Made by a program: the position numbers and the translations under genes. The notes under the pieces are model-generated. The model did no database searches. It was not told the DNA's origin and saw only the letters and a program-made list of their open reading frames with translations. From positions 3,750,149-3,807,947 of the forward strand of contig NC_057757.1 in the NCBI RefSeq assembly GCF_004010195.1: a stretch of 57,799 nucleotides of DNA, given 5' to 3'. How positions within the stretch are numbered: the first letter of the stretch is position 1; the number at the start of each line of letters is the position of its first letter. This stretch comes from Chiloscyllium plagiosum (Eukaryota). Shown here in pieces: positions 11,290 to 24,312 of the stretch.

Positions 11290-11830
11290 CTGTACAGTAC
11301 CCCAGCATTATACAGTGACCGATCTGTCCAAACCAATACTGCACCCCAGTGTTACACAATGACAGTCCTGTCCCCACCAGGAGTGGACCCCAGCATTATA
11401 CAGTGACAGATCTATCTCCACCAGCACTGAATCCCAGTGTTATACAGTGTTGAAGGGCTTTTGCCTGAAACTTCGATTTTCCTGCTCCTCGGATGCTGCT
11501 TGACCTGCTGTACTTTTCCAGCACCACTCTAATCCCAACCAGTATATACCCCAATGATATACATTGACAGACCTGTCGCCACCACTGCATCCCAGTGTTA
11601 TACAGTGACAGACCGGTCCCCACTAGTACTGTACCCCAGTGTTATACAGTGACGGACCTGTCCCCACCAGTACTGTACCCCAGTGTTATACAGGGACAGA
11701 CCTGTCCCCCCCAGCACTGTACCCCAGTGTTATACAGTGACAGACCGGTCCCCACTAGTACTGTACCCCAGTGTTATACAGTGACAGACCTGTCCCCACT
11801 AGTACTGTACCCCAGTGTTATACAGTGACA
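11290..11830. repeat. Same 44-bp minisatellite, interrupted at ~11449-11535 by a Penelope-terminus fragment
   Basis: Period 44 (gttatacagt at 11597 and 11641). Confidence 0.9.
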
Positions 11831-12022
11831 AACCATGTTACAGAGCTGAAATGGCTCTGTCCAGTCACTCCCCTGCTCCAAATGCACCACTGAGAGAGCA
11901 GCACAATGTATTTGTGGAACTGAACTGGCCAGATGGCGTGTGGTCTGAATTTGCAGTATATGAGGTGAGGGATCAGCTGCCTGTACACAAGGTGACACCT
12001 GAAAGACTGGAGAATCCCTTAC

Positions 12023-12094
12023 CCGCAGAGATCCACAGGCCCGGGGGTAAAAGGTCATACAGGCCTTCATTCCCTCTAGCGCTGCTCCGTGACA
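12023..12094 (-). CDS. PELP1: PELP1 exon 5, CHGAALEGMKACMTFYPRACGSLR
   Basis: ttgcag|TGT...CGG|gtaagg, 72 nt. Near-identical to human CEQSALEGMKACMTYFPRACGSLK. Confidence 0.96.
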
Positions 12095-12362
12095 CTGCAA
12101 AAGTAGGTAGGTAGGTATTAGACACATTCACAATTGACTTACTCACGCAACGTTAAACTGGGACTGAGGACAGCAGAACTGAAAACTGTCTCTCTCATAT
12201 CAACAACAACCCCAGAGAATATTTTCCACACCGTAAAGGGCTGCACTGGTGCTCCACTGTCCGGTAAGGATGGGGAGTGAAGGACTCAAGTATTGGAGAC
12301 TGCTCAGACTGGAGACTTCAACTATCACCAGAAAATATTAAACACTGCTGGCCGCTTCTTCA

Positions 12363-12990
12363 ACAATCCCAAACTAATCCCACTGTCTCACTCTCTCCCC
12401 GTAACCCTGTATCAATCCCCAAACTAATCCCACTGTCTCACTCTCTCCCCGTAACCCTGTAACAATCCCCAAACTAATCCCACTGTCTCACTCTTTCCCG
12501 TAACCCTGTACCCCCAATCCCCAAATTAATCCCACCGTCTCTCTCTCCCCGTAACCCTGTAACAAACCCCAAACTAATCCCACTGTCTCACTCTCTCCCC
12601 GTAACCCTGTACCAATCCCCAAACTAATCCCATTGTCTCACTCTCTCCCTGTAACCCTGTACCAATCCCCAAACTAATCCCACTGTCTCACTCTCTCTCC
12701 GTAACCCTGTACCAATCCCCAAACTAATCCCACTGTCTCACTCTCTCTCCGTAACCCTGTACCAATCCCCAACTTAATCCCAGTCTGTGTCTCTCTCTCA
12801 CCCTATATCAATCCCAAAACTAATCCCACTGCCCTGCCCTCACCCCATAGCCGTCCCAATCCCCAAACTAATCCTGATGCTACGTGCTCTCCCCGTAGCC
12901 ATCCCCAAACTAATCCCACTGCCCTGCTCTCTCCCCATAGCCATGCCAATCCCCAAACTAATCCCACTGCCTTGCTCTCTCCCTGTAGCC
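12363..12990. repeat. 50-bp minisatellite (caatccccaaactaatcccactgtctcactctctccccgtaaccctgtac)
   Basis: Period 50 (12663, 12713), degenerating into shorter variants at the 3' end. Confidence 0.92.
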
Positions 12991-13654
12991 TTGTTTCGAG
13001 ATGTTCCATGTGGAAGGTGGTAGATTTGTGTCTGTACCTGGGTATGCCAGGGTATGCTCAGAATCTGAGGAAGGGCTGATGCCCGAAACGTCGATTCTCC
13101 TGTTCCCTAGATGCTGCCTGACCTGCTGCGCTTCTCCAGCAACACATTTCCATCTATGCTCAGAATCTGTTAGTGATAAGGAAGCTCAACAAACAATCAA
13201 GGAAAGCAGCTCAAGAAATAAAAGAATTGCCGAGTGTATCGAGTGAGAAAAATAGCCAAGTGCACAAAATGGTCATGGCACAGGAAGCGGCCATTTGGCC
13301 CACTGTGCCTGCACTGGCCCTTCAATTGAGTATCATTACCCAGTGCCAATCTCCTGCCTACCTCCCTACACACCTTCCAATAACCATCCAATGCCCCAAC
13401 TGAACCTGCCCCCACCCATTTCCAGGTGGCGCATTTTAGACGCTAACCACTCGATGTGAGAAAGGTTTCCCTCACATCTCCCTGTGCTGCTTCTCACACA
13501 TCACTTCAGATCGATGTGCCTCTCCTCCTTGCTCCTTTTGCGAATGGCAACAGTTCCTCCCTCTCTACTCTGTCCAGTCCTTACTCATCATTTTTGAAAA
13601 CCTCCATCAGATCTCCTCTGAATCCTTCTTCTCTTTAAGGAGAAGGTCCCAACG

Positions 13655-14385
13655 TAAACAAGGACATGGCCTATACAATTAATGGCAGGGCCCTGGATGG
13701 TGCTGTGGAACAGAGGGGATCAGGGCTTCAGGCACATAATTCATTACAATTTGTGTCACAGGTGGACAGGATGATTAAGACGACATTTAGCACGTTTGCC
13801 TTCATTGCTCACACGTTTGAGTACAGGAGCTGGGACGTCAAGTTGACGTCGTACAGGATGTTGGTGAGGCCTCTTCTGGAGTAACTGTGTACAGTTCCAA
13901 TCGCTCAGTTATAGAAAAGACATTAGTAAACTGGAAAAGGGTTCAGAAGAGATTTACCGGGACGCTACTGGGAATGGAGGGTTTGACATTATAGACTGGG
14001 GCGTTTCCTACTGGAACGTAGAAGGTTGAGGGTGACTTTATTGAGGCTTATGAGATCAGGAGGGGCACAAATGAAGTGAATGACGAGGGTCTTGTCCCTA
14101 GGGTAGGGGAATCCAAAACCAGGGGGCATATTTTTAAGGTGGGAGGAGAAAGATTTAAAAAGGACATAAAAAAAGTGTTTTGTGTGTGAAACGAACTTCC
14201 TGAGGAAGTGGTGGATGTGGGTTCAATTAAAACATTCAAAAGCCATTTGGATAAGTCCATGAATAGGAAAGGTTCGGAGGGATATGGGATAGGAGCAGGC
14301 CGGTGGGACTAGTTTAGTTTGGGATTATGGTCAGCACGGACTGGTTGGATGAAAGGGTCTGTTTCCTTGCTGTATGACGCTATCC
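13655..14385 (+). mobile_element. CR1 LINE 3' fragment
   Basis: YRMLVRPLLE motif and a HER1-type 3' tail. Confidence 0.85.
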
Positions 14386-15536
14386 GTTTTAGGTTTCTGA
14401 TCCCTAAAACCATTGTAAATGGCTTCTGCCTTCTCACTCCAGGGCGTACACAACTTCCCTACAACAGGGCACCCACAGCTGTACATACCATCCAGCCAAG
14501 GGCTAATAAATGTCTTGTACAAGTTCAGCAGCAATTCCCTGTGCTTGGAACCCATCAGTAAACACGGTGTGCTTTATGAACTGCTCTCTCCCTCCCTGTC
14601 TCTCGGCCCCCAGTTGGGCCATCTCCAATGATGTGCGCACACATCCACCCAGATCCCTGCGCTCCTGCGCCCCCTTTAGGAACAAACAGATGTGCGGATG
14701 ATAGAAATCAAATCTGGCAATCGTGCCCTGGAAACAATGGAAGGAGAAATCGAGGGCAAAACAGAAGAGGGCGAACAGAAATAGCCATTGAGACATGGTT
14801 GATGATAACCAAAGATTATGTTGACAGCCGCATTAAGGTTGGACAGACTAAACCCCCTTCAAAATATTAAGATAGTCTGGACCCAAACTTTTGCTTATTT
14901 TGAAGGTGTTGTATTCCAGATGCAATGCGACTTTAAGGAGAAAAATATTGTTTTCATGCAGTATAGTCAAAATATAACCAAAACATTGGCTAGGTGTAAG
15001 TCTATCAGCCTAACACATTAAATACTAATTAACTGATCTAACATAGTAACACCCCACAAACACACGCCTTTGGCAAAAAGCAAATTTAGAAAACTGATCT
15101 CAGATGTAACTCCAGCAGCCTAGGAGGGAAAAAAAATGAGAAAACCCAGAGAGTGTCGAGGAGAGAGAGAGGAACTGACTCAGCAACATCCCAAAAAACT
15201 AAAAACTTCCTGGTCCTGCAGAAACGTGACCACACCCGGCCAGGCTGCTTCTATCGTTGCAACCTTTTTTTACATAACCAAGGACTCAGAAGGCTGTTTA
15301 CTTTACAAGTTTGCAGTAGACATCTCTGTCTTCAAACTTTCCTTTAAAGAGAAACAGGACAAAACAGACACTTAACGTTGCGCAATCATTACATAACCAA
15401 GATGGGCGGATGCTGCAAATTGAAAACAAAAGCACAGAAAGGGCTGGGAAAAGGCAGCAGGGTCTGGCAACACTGGAGGGGACACGGCGTCCGAAAGTGA
15501 GCACAAAGGCAGAGCCAATGCTTCTTCACGGCTTAC

Positions 15537-15686
15537 CTCAGGCTTCAGTGCCAAGAGAGCAGTCACAATGGCTGGAACGTGGTTCATGGCCACTTCCCGG
15601 GCCAGTTCCAGGAGCTGGGAGGAGTACTTCAGCAGGTCATGGAGCACCCAGATGGCCAGCTCTGTCGTCGTCTGGGGGTCCTGGGA
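15537..15686 (-). CDS. PELP1: PELP1 exon 4, SQDPQTTTELAIWVLHDLLKYSSQLLELAREVAMNHVPAIVTALLALKPE
   Basis: ctgcag|TCC...GAG|gtaagc, 150 nt. Contains the LxxLL motif LHDLL and matches human TQDPPATMELAVAVLRDLLRYAAQLP...LLGLRPE. Confidence 0.96.
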
Positions 15687-15818
15687 CTGCAGTGAGGCAA
15701 GGAGTGAGAAAGGAAAAGAGAGACAGGTCAGTCACAGTCCGCTCACCGGTAACCTCCTTCCCTCGAAAGGGGGGTGGGGGGGGGGGGGGGGGGGGGAAGG
15801 AACGTGGTCTGGGCTCAC

Positions 15819-15924
15819 CTGGATAATGTGCTGCACAGCTCGGAGCCAGGAGATGCACTGATCCTGGAAGGTATCCGTGGGACTGTCAGCCACCAGCACG
15901 GCCAGCAAGCAAACTCCTTCAAAC
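15819..15924 (-). CDS. PELP1: PELP1 exon 3, [35 protein letters not shown]
   Basis: gatag|G...CAG|gtgagc, 106 nt. Matches human [35 protein letters not shown]. Confidence 0.95.
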
Positions 15925-16436
15925 CTATCGGGAAGGAGAAGCAGATGGAGAAGGCGGAGGGGCTTGTTAGTAAGGGCTCAACTCAACCAGCTTCCGAGGC
16001 ACCCCATCTAACCTCACAACCCCAGGACAGAGACAGAGCATGGGGGTGGACAAAAACACGTGATGACTTGCGGCACTGCCCAGGAGCAATTCGTGCAGAC
16101 CATTCGGCCCCTCAATTCCACAAGACAGGGGCTGTTTGGAATGTTTCCTTCAAGAAACCTGACTCGCTTCTCTCGAGAATCTGTCTCACACAGCCCAGGG
16201 CATTTCATTTTCAAATGATTTGCCCATGGGGCTCGGGTGTTTGGTCCCCAATGGGGGTGGCGCAACATTTACTGCCCGTCTGTGCCTTGGGAAGGTGGTG
16301 GCGAGCTGCACCCTCTGGAACCACTGCAGCCCCATGTCTAACAAAGGAGAGGCCCTTCGGCCCACCATCAGTTTACACAGCCCCCCCCTTCCCCACGCCA
16401 GTAAAACAGGAATGGGGGGGGCGGGGTGGGTCTCAC

Positions 16437-16501
16437 CTGCTTTTGACCGACCGGAGACTGGAGTTGCTGATACTGATCAAGCCGCTCAGATCCGATGAAT
16501 T
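16437..16501 (-). CDS. PELP1: PELP1 coding exon (exon 2 by analogy to human), NSSDLSGLISISNSSLRSVKS(R)
   Basis: ttccatag|AAT...AAGCAG|gtgaga boundaries, 65 nt. Aligns to human NLSALGALVSLSNARLSSIKTR, and its phase is compatible with the next exon. Confidence 0.9.
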
Positions 16502-16741
16502 CTATGGAAGAAAACGCAGGAGGTTAAGGCGGCAGGAGTTACAGGAGACAGGGCCTGACGTGAAGGGTTCTGGGTGAACTGAGCGATTGACCCACAGCCT
16601 CAAACACCGCGTGAGGGAGGAGGAAGGCAAGGAAAGTAGAGTCTCTGCTGAACTGGCACTGGAGTGAGACGAGGGAGGGGGAATATAGGAGAGGAGTGGA
16701 AAACTGAAGTGGGGGGCATGGAGATAGACAGACGGAAAGGG

Positions 16742-19700
16742 ATCACCCCCACTCGCCGAGACCCGCAGTGACATCACCCCAACTCACCGTGCCTCACAGT
16801 GATATCACCCCCACTCGTCGTGCCCAACTGTGACATCACCCCCACTCGCCGAGACCCGCAGTGACATCACCCCAACTCACCGTGCCTCACAGTGATATCA
16901 CCCCCACTCGTCGTGCCCAACTGTGACATCACCCCCACTCGCCGAGACCCGCAATGACATCACCCCCACTCATCGTGCCCCACAGTGCTATCACCCCCAC
17001 TCGCCGAGACCCGCAGTGACATCACCCCAACTCACCGTGCCTCACAGTGATATCACCCCCACTCGTCGTGCCCAACTGTGACATCACCCCCACTCGCCGA
17101 GACCCGCAGTGACATCACCCCAACTCACCGTGCCTCACAGTGATATCACCCCCACTCGTCGTGCCCAACTGTGACATCACCCCCACTCGCCGAGACCCGC
17201 AGTGACATCACCCCAACTCACCGTGCCTCACAGTGATATCACCCCCACTCGTCGTGCCCAACTGTGACATCACCCCCACTCGCCGAGACCCGCAATGACA
17301 TCACCCCCACTCATCGTGCCCCACAGTGCTATCACCCCCACTCGCCGAGACCCGCAGTGACATCACCCCAACTCACCGTGCCTCACAGTGATATCACCCC
17401 CACTCGTCGTGCCCAACTGTGACATCACCCCCACTCGCCGAGACCCGCAGTGACATCACCCCAACTCACCGTGCCTCACAGTGATATCACCCCCACTCGT
17501 CGTGCCCAACTGTGACATCACCCCCACTCGCCGAGACCCGCAGTGACATCACCCCAACTCACCGTGCCTCACAGTGATATCACCCCCACTCGTCGTGCCC
17601 AACTGTGACATCACCCCCACTCGCCGAGACCCGCAATGACATCACCCCCACTCATCGTGCCCCACAGTGCTATCACCCCCACTCGCCGAGACCCGCAGTG
17701 ACATCACCCCAACTCACCGTGCCTCACAGTGATATCACCCCCACTCGTCGTGCCCAACTGTGACATCACCCCCACTCGCCGAGACCCGCAGTGACATCAC
17801 CCCAACTCACCGTGCCTCACAGTGATATCACCCCCACTCGTCGTGCCCAACTGTGACATCACCCCCACTCGCCGAGACCCGCAGTGACATCACCCCAACT
17901 CACCGTGCCTCACAGTGATATCACCCCCACTCGTCGTGCCCAACTGTGACATCACCCCCACTCGCCGAGACCCGCAATGACATCACCCCCACTCATCGTG
18001 CCCCACAGTGCTATCACCCCCACTCGCCGAGACCCGCAGTGACATCACCCCAACTCACCGTGCCTCACAGTGATATCACCCCCACTCGTCGTGCCCAACT
18101 GTGACATCACCCCCACTCGCCGAGACCCGCAGTGACATCACCCCAACTCACCGTGCCTCACAGTGATATCACCCCCACTCGTCGTGCCCAACTGTGACAT
18201 CACCCCCACTCGCCGAGACCCGCAGTGACATCACCCCAACTCACCGTGCCTCACAGTGATATCACCCCCACTCGTCGTGCCCAACTGTGACATCACCCCC
18301 ACTCGCCGAGACCCGCAATGACATCACCCCCACTCATCGTGCCCCACAGTGCTATCACCCCCACTCGCCGAGACCCGCAGTGACATCACCCCAACTCACC
18401 GTGCCTCACAGTGATATCACCCCCACTCGTCGTGCCCAACTGTGACATCACCCCCACTCGCCGAGACCCGCAGTGACATCACCCCAACTCACCGTGCCTC
18501 ACAGTGATATCACCCCCACTCGTCGTGCCCAACTGTGACATCACCCCCACTCGCCGAGACCCGCAGTGACATCACCCCAACTCACCGTGCCTCACAGTGA
18601 TATCACCCCCACTCGTCGTGCCCAACTGTGACATCACCCCCACTCGCCGAGACCCGCAATGACATCACCCCCACTCATCGTGCCCCACAGTGCTATCACC
18701 CCCACTCGCCGAGACCCGCAGTGACATCACCCCAACTCACCGTGCCTCACAGTGATATCACCCCCACTCGTCGTGCCCAACTGTGACATCACCCCCACTC
18801 GCCGAGACCCGCAGTGACATCACCCCAACTCACCGTGCCTCACAGTGATATCACCCCCACTCGTCGTGCCCAACTGTGACATCACCCCCACTCGCCGAGA
18901 CCCGCAGTGACATCACCCCAACTCACCGTGCCTCACAGTGATATCACCCCCACTCGTCGTGCCCAACTGTGACATCACCCCCACTCGCCGAGACCCGCAA
19001 TGACATCACCCCCACTCATCGTGCCCCACAGTGCTATCACCCCCACTCGCCGAGACCCGCAGTGACATCACCCCAACTCACCGTGCCTCACAGTGATATC
19101 ACCCCCACTCGTCGTGCCCAACTGTGACATCACCCCCACTCGCCGAGACCCGCAGTGACATCACCCCAACTCACCGTGCCTCACAGTGATATCACCCCCA
19201 CTCGTCGTGCCCAACTGTGACATCACCCCCACTCGCCGAGACCCGCAGTGACATCACCCCAACTCACCGTGCCTCACAGTGATATCACCCCCACTCGTCG
19301 TGCCCAACTGTGACATCACCCCCACTCGCCGAGACCCGCAATGACATCACCCCCACTCATCGTGCCCCACAGTGCTATCACCCCCACTCGCCGAGACCCG
19401 CAGTGACATCACCCCAACTCACCGTGCCTCACAGTGATATCACCCCCACTCGTCGTGCCCAACTGTGACATCACCCCCACTCGCCGAGACCCGCAGTGAC
19501 ATCACCCCAACTCACCGTGCCTCACAGTGATATCACCCCCACTCGTCGTGCCCAACTGTGACATCACCCCCACTCGCCGAGACCCGCAGTGACATCACCC
19601 CAACTCACCGTGCCTCACAGTGATATCACCCCCACTCGTCGTGCCCAACTGTGACATCACCCCCACTCGCCGAGACCCGCAATGACATCACCCCCACTCA

Positions 19701-21999
19701 TCGTGCCCCACAGTGCTATCACCCCCACTCGCCGAGACCCGCAGTGACATCACCCCAACTCACCGTGCCTCACAGTGATATCACCCCCACTCGTCGTGCC
19801 CAACTGTGACATCACCCCCACTCGCCGAGACCCGCAGTGACATCACCCCAACTCACCGTGCCTCACAGTGATATCACCCCCACTCGTCGTGCCCAACTGT
19901 GACATCACCCCCACTCGCCGAGACCCGCAGTGACATCACCCCAACTCACCGTGCCTCACAGTGATATCACCCCCACTCGTCGTGCCCAACTGTGACATCA
20001 CCCCCACTCGCCGAGACCCGCAATGACATCACCCCCACTCATCGTGCCCCACAGTGCTATCACCCCCACTCGCCGAGACCCGCAGTGACATCACCCCAAC
20101 TCACCGTGCCTCACAGTGATATCACCCCCACTCGTCGTGCCCAACTGTGACATCACCCCCACTCGCCGAGACCCGCAGTGACATCACCCCAACTCACCGT
20201 GCCTCACAGTGATATCACCCCCACTCGTCGTGCCCAACTGTGACATCACCCCCACTCGCCGAGACCCGCAGTGACATCACCCCAACTCACCGTGCCTCAC
20301 AGTGATATCACCCCCACTCGTCGTGCCCAACTGTGACATCACCCCCACTCGCCGAGACCCGCAATGACATCACCCCCACTCATCGTGCCCCACAGTGCTA
20401 TCACCCCCACTCGCCGAGACCCGCAGTGACATCACCCCAACTCACCGTGCCTCACAGTGATATCACCCCCACTCGTCGTGCCCAACTGTGACATCACCCC
20501 CACTCGCCGAGACCCGCAGTGACATCACCCCAACTCACCGTGCCTCACAGTGATATCACCCCCACTCGTCGTGCCCAACTGTGACATCACCCCCACTCGC
20601 CGAGACCCGCAGTGACATCACCCCAACTCACCGTGCCTCACAGTGATATCACCCCCACTCGTCGTGCCCAACTGTGACATCACCCCCACTCGCCGAGACC
20701 CGCAATGACATCACCCCCACTCATCGTGCCCCACAGTGCTATCACCCCCACTCGCCGAGACCCGCAGTGACATCACCCCAACTCACCGTGCCTCACAGTG
20801 ATATCACCCCCACTCGTCGTGCCCAACTGTGACATCACCCCCACTCGCCGAGACCCGCAGTGACATCACCCCAACTCACCGTGCCTCACAGTGATATCAC
20901 CCCCACTCGTCGTGCCCAACTGTGACATCACCCCCACTCGCCGAGACCCGCAGTGACATCACCCCAACTCACCGTGCCTCACAGTGATATCACCCCCACT
21001 CGTCGTGCCCAACTGTGACATCACCCCCACTCGCCGAGACCCGCAATGACATCACCCCCACTCATCGTGCCCCACAGTGCTATCACCCCCACTCGCCGAG
21101 ACCCGCAGTGACATCACCCCAACTCACCGTGCCTCACAGTGATATCACCCCCACTCGTCGTGCCCAACTGTGACATCACCCCCACTCGCCGAGACCCGCA
21201 GTGACATCACCCCAACTCACCGTGCCTCACAGTGATATCACCCCCACTCGTCGTGCCCAACTGTGACATCACCCCCACTCGCCGAGACCCGCAGTGACAT
21301 CACCCCAACTCACCGTGCCTCACAGTGATATCACCCCCACTCGTCGTGCCCAACTGTGACATCACCCCCACTCGCCGAGACCCGCAATGACATCACCCCC
21401 ACTCATCGTGCCCCACAGTGCTATCACCCCCACTCGCCGAGACCCGCAGTGACATCACCCCAACTCACCGTGCCTCACAGTGATATCACCCCCACTCGTC
21501 GTGCCCAACTGTGACATCACCCCCACTCGCCGAGACCCGCAGTGACATCACCCCAACTCACCGTGCCTCACAGTGATATCACCCCCACTCGTCGTGCCCA
21601 ACTGTGACATCACCCCCACTCGCCGAGACCCGCAGTGACATCACCCCAACTCACCGTGCCTCACAGTGATATCACCCCCACTCGTCGTGCCCAACTGTGA
21701 CATCACCCCCACTCGCCGAGACCCGCAATGACATCACCCCCACTCATCGTGCCCCACAGTGCTATCACCCCCACTCGCCGAGACCCGCAGTGACATCACC
21801 CCAACTCACCGTGCCTCACAGTGATATCACCCCCACTCGTCGTGCCCAACTGTGACATCACCCCCACTCGCCGAGACCCGCAATGACATCACCCCCACTC
21901 ATCGTGCCCCACAGTGATATCACCCCCACTCGCCGAGACCCGCAGTGACATCACCCCCACTCTCCGAGACCCGCAGTGACATCACCCCCACTCACCGTG
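16742..21999. repeat. Tandem array of 31-bp monomers organised as a 341-bp (11-monomer) higher-order repeat
   Basis: Monomer variants: gtgacatcacccccactcgccgagacccgca, gtgacatcaccccaactcaccgtgcctcaca, gtgatatcacccccactcgtcgtgcccaact, atgacatcacccccactcatcgtgccccaca. The marker gcaatgac recurs at 16951, 17292, 17633 ... 21725, a period of 341. Confidence 0.98.
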
Positions 22000-22619
22000 T
22001 CCAGCTTGTCCATGGCGACCAGATATTCTTTTAAATGTTGCAATTGTACCAGCCTCCACCATTTCCTCTGGCAGCTCGTTCCATACACGCACTACCCTCT
22101 GTGTGAAAACGTTGCCTCTTAGTTCCTTTTTAAATCTTTCCCTTCTCACCCCGAGCATACACCCTCTCGTTCTGGACTCCACCTATGACAAGAAAAGACC
22201 TTGTCTACTGGGAGGCCATTCAGGGCTGTTCCATCATTGAGGTAGAACGTGGCTGGTTTGAATTTCAACTCCTGCTTGGTTCCCTGAGTTTTAATTGGCA
22301 GAGGGTCAAAGATGTGAGAATGTACCCCTCCTGAGGGCACCTGGATCTCAGGGACAACATTTAAAAATAATGTGTCTCCCATTTAAAACAGAGGTCATAG
22401 ACTTATAGAGCACTGAATCAGACCCTTTGACCCAACCAGTCCATGCCAACCATAATCCCAAGCTCCATTAGTCGCACCTGCCTGGACCTGGCCCATATCC
22501 CTCTAAACCTTTTTTATTCATGTACCTATGCAAATATCTTTTAAATGTTATAACTGTAAGTGCCAACAGCAAAACACATTGCAATTAAAAGTGAACTTAA
22601 CTATCGTACCTAGCGCCGA

Positions 22620-22975
22620 TAGCTCTCACATTTTGACTCTCATCCCTTCTCTCCCCTCGAAACAACCTCTGGTCTTCCCATACCTTACTCCACATCCAGA
22701 GGATCGTTCGCTGCAATTTTCCCCACTTCCACCAAATATTCCCCTCTCCTCCCTTGACAGCCTTCCTCAAGGACCGTTCTTTCTAGCCCACTCCTCCTTC
22801 ACTCCCAACGTGACCCCAAACCCCCCCATGGCATCTTCCCATGCCATCGCAGAAGCTGTGACTCCTGCCCATTTACCTCCTCCCTCATTATCCAAGGCTC
22901 CAGACACCCCTTGCAGGTGAAGCAGCAGGCGATTTGCCCACACTTCACTCAATCCAGTCTACTGTATTTACTGTT
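22620..22975 (+). mobile_element. Degenerate Penelope-like fragment
   Basis: atccaaggctccagacacccctt...tttgcccacacttcactcaatccagtctactgtatt, homologous to the IQGPK..F.CTS....YC region of the other copies. Confidence 0.6.
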
Positions 22976-23290
22976 GCAGATTTCCCTCCTCAAAAAACCC
23001 AGAAAGGTTTTCACAACAATTGATGATAGTGTCATAGTCACCATGATTTGGACTAACCCAAAGTTCTAAGTTTATTCCTTCAATTTATATTCCACCTACT
23101 GCTGTGGGAGGATTACTTGAACTCTGTCCCCAGAACCTTAACCTGTATTTTATTCCTTATCCTCGTTCAGCCCTGATAACCCTCCATTCCCCTGCCTAAC
23201 AGGAATGGATAGAGAGTCAGAAGTTGGGAATACTGTACTGCAATTAGTAACTCACCTCCTGACTCCCTAAGGCTAGTCCACTGTAGAGAT

Positions 23291-23503
23291 TGTAACAAGG
23301 TCAGCCAGGTGAACGGCATATGAGTTCCCTGATTGGAGCTGTTAATCTGGTCCAGTCAGGGAGTCCTGGCTGATAGATATAATCAGGAGTGTCAGAGGTT
23401 TTGCTCACTCTGAGAGCTGGCTCTGAGGGAGCTGGGTCAGTGTCAAGACTCTCTCTGCGTAAATGAAAGGTGACTCGGTAACAGGATACCGGCCTCTGTG
23501 GAG
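23291..23503 (+). mobile_element. Solo LTR-like element
   Basis: Starts tgtaac and is homologous to 34466-34677 (ccctgattgg.gctgttaat.tggtcca.tca.ggag), which carries aataaa near its 3' end. Confidence 0.65.
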
Positions 23504-24312
23504 CTAAATGTTCCAATTGTACCAGCCTCCACCACATCCTCTGGCAGCTCATTCCATACACACGCCACCCTTTGCGTGAAAAAGTTGCCCCTTAGGTCCC
23601 TTTTAAATCTTTCCCTTCTCACCCTAAACTTACGCCCTCTAGTTCTGGACTCCCCCAACCCCAGGAAAAGGCAGTCAATTAGGAGGGCATTCAGCCTCCC
23701 CAGGCTGTTCCATCATTCAAGTAGAACGAGGGTAGTGCATGGGGGTGTAGGGTTTGCACATTCTCCCTGTGTTTGTGTGGTGGTTTCTTCCCACAGTCCA
23801 AAGATGTGCAGGTTAGTGTGAATTGGCCATGCTAAATTGCCCATAGTGTTCAGGAATATGTAGGTTAGGTGCATTAGTCAGGGGCAAATGTACAGTAATT
23901 GGGCTAGGGGAATGTGTCTGGGTGGGTTACTCTTTGGAGAGTTGGTGTGGACTTGTTGGGCCAAATGGTGTAGAGATTCTCTCTTGTAATGATGACTTTA
24001 TTTTGATTAGATTACTTACTGTGTGGAAACAGGCCGTTCGGCCCAACAAATCCACACCGACTCACCGAAGCGCAAACCATCCAGACCCAATCCCCTACGT
24101 CTGTGTGTAAGACAGAAAGAGATAGGTTCATGATTAGTCATGGGAATCAAGGATTATTGGGGGGGAAAGGAGTTGAGAAACATATCAGCCATGATCAAAT
24201 GGCTGAGCAGATTCAACGGGCCGAATGGCCTCAATCTGCTCCTTTATCTTATGGTCCAACAGTTATGTAAGGTGAGGATAATTAACTATTCTCATGATTT
24301 AAAAAAAAATCA

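Noticed and set aside
14819..15393. Possible solo LTR (TG...CA bounded)
   Set aside because: No target-site duplication and no second copy in the window, so the boundaries are unsupported.
15774..16577. 267-aa plus-strand ORF
   Set aside because: It is antisense to PELP1 exons 2-3, starts in a G run at a non-ATG codon and has no recognisable domain.
16742..21999. CRISPR-like appearance of a constant motif alternating with variable segments
   Set aside because: The variable parts are only a few recurring variants, not unique spacers. The context is a vertebrate intron with no cas genes.
16742..21999. Coding tandem repeat (zinc-finger or mucin array)
   Set aside because: The 31-bp unit shifts frame each copy and carries TGA on both strands, so no long ORF is possible.
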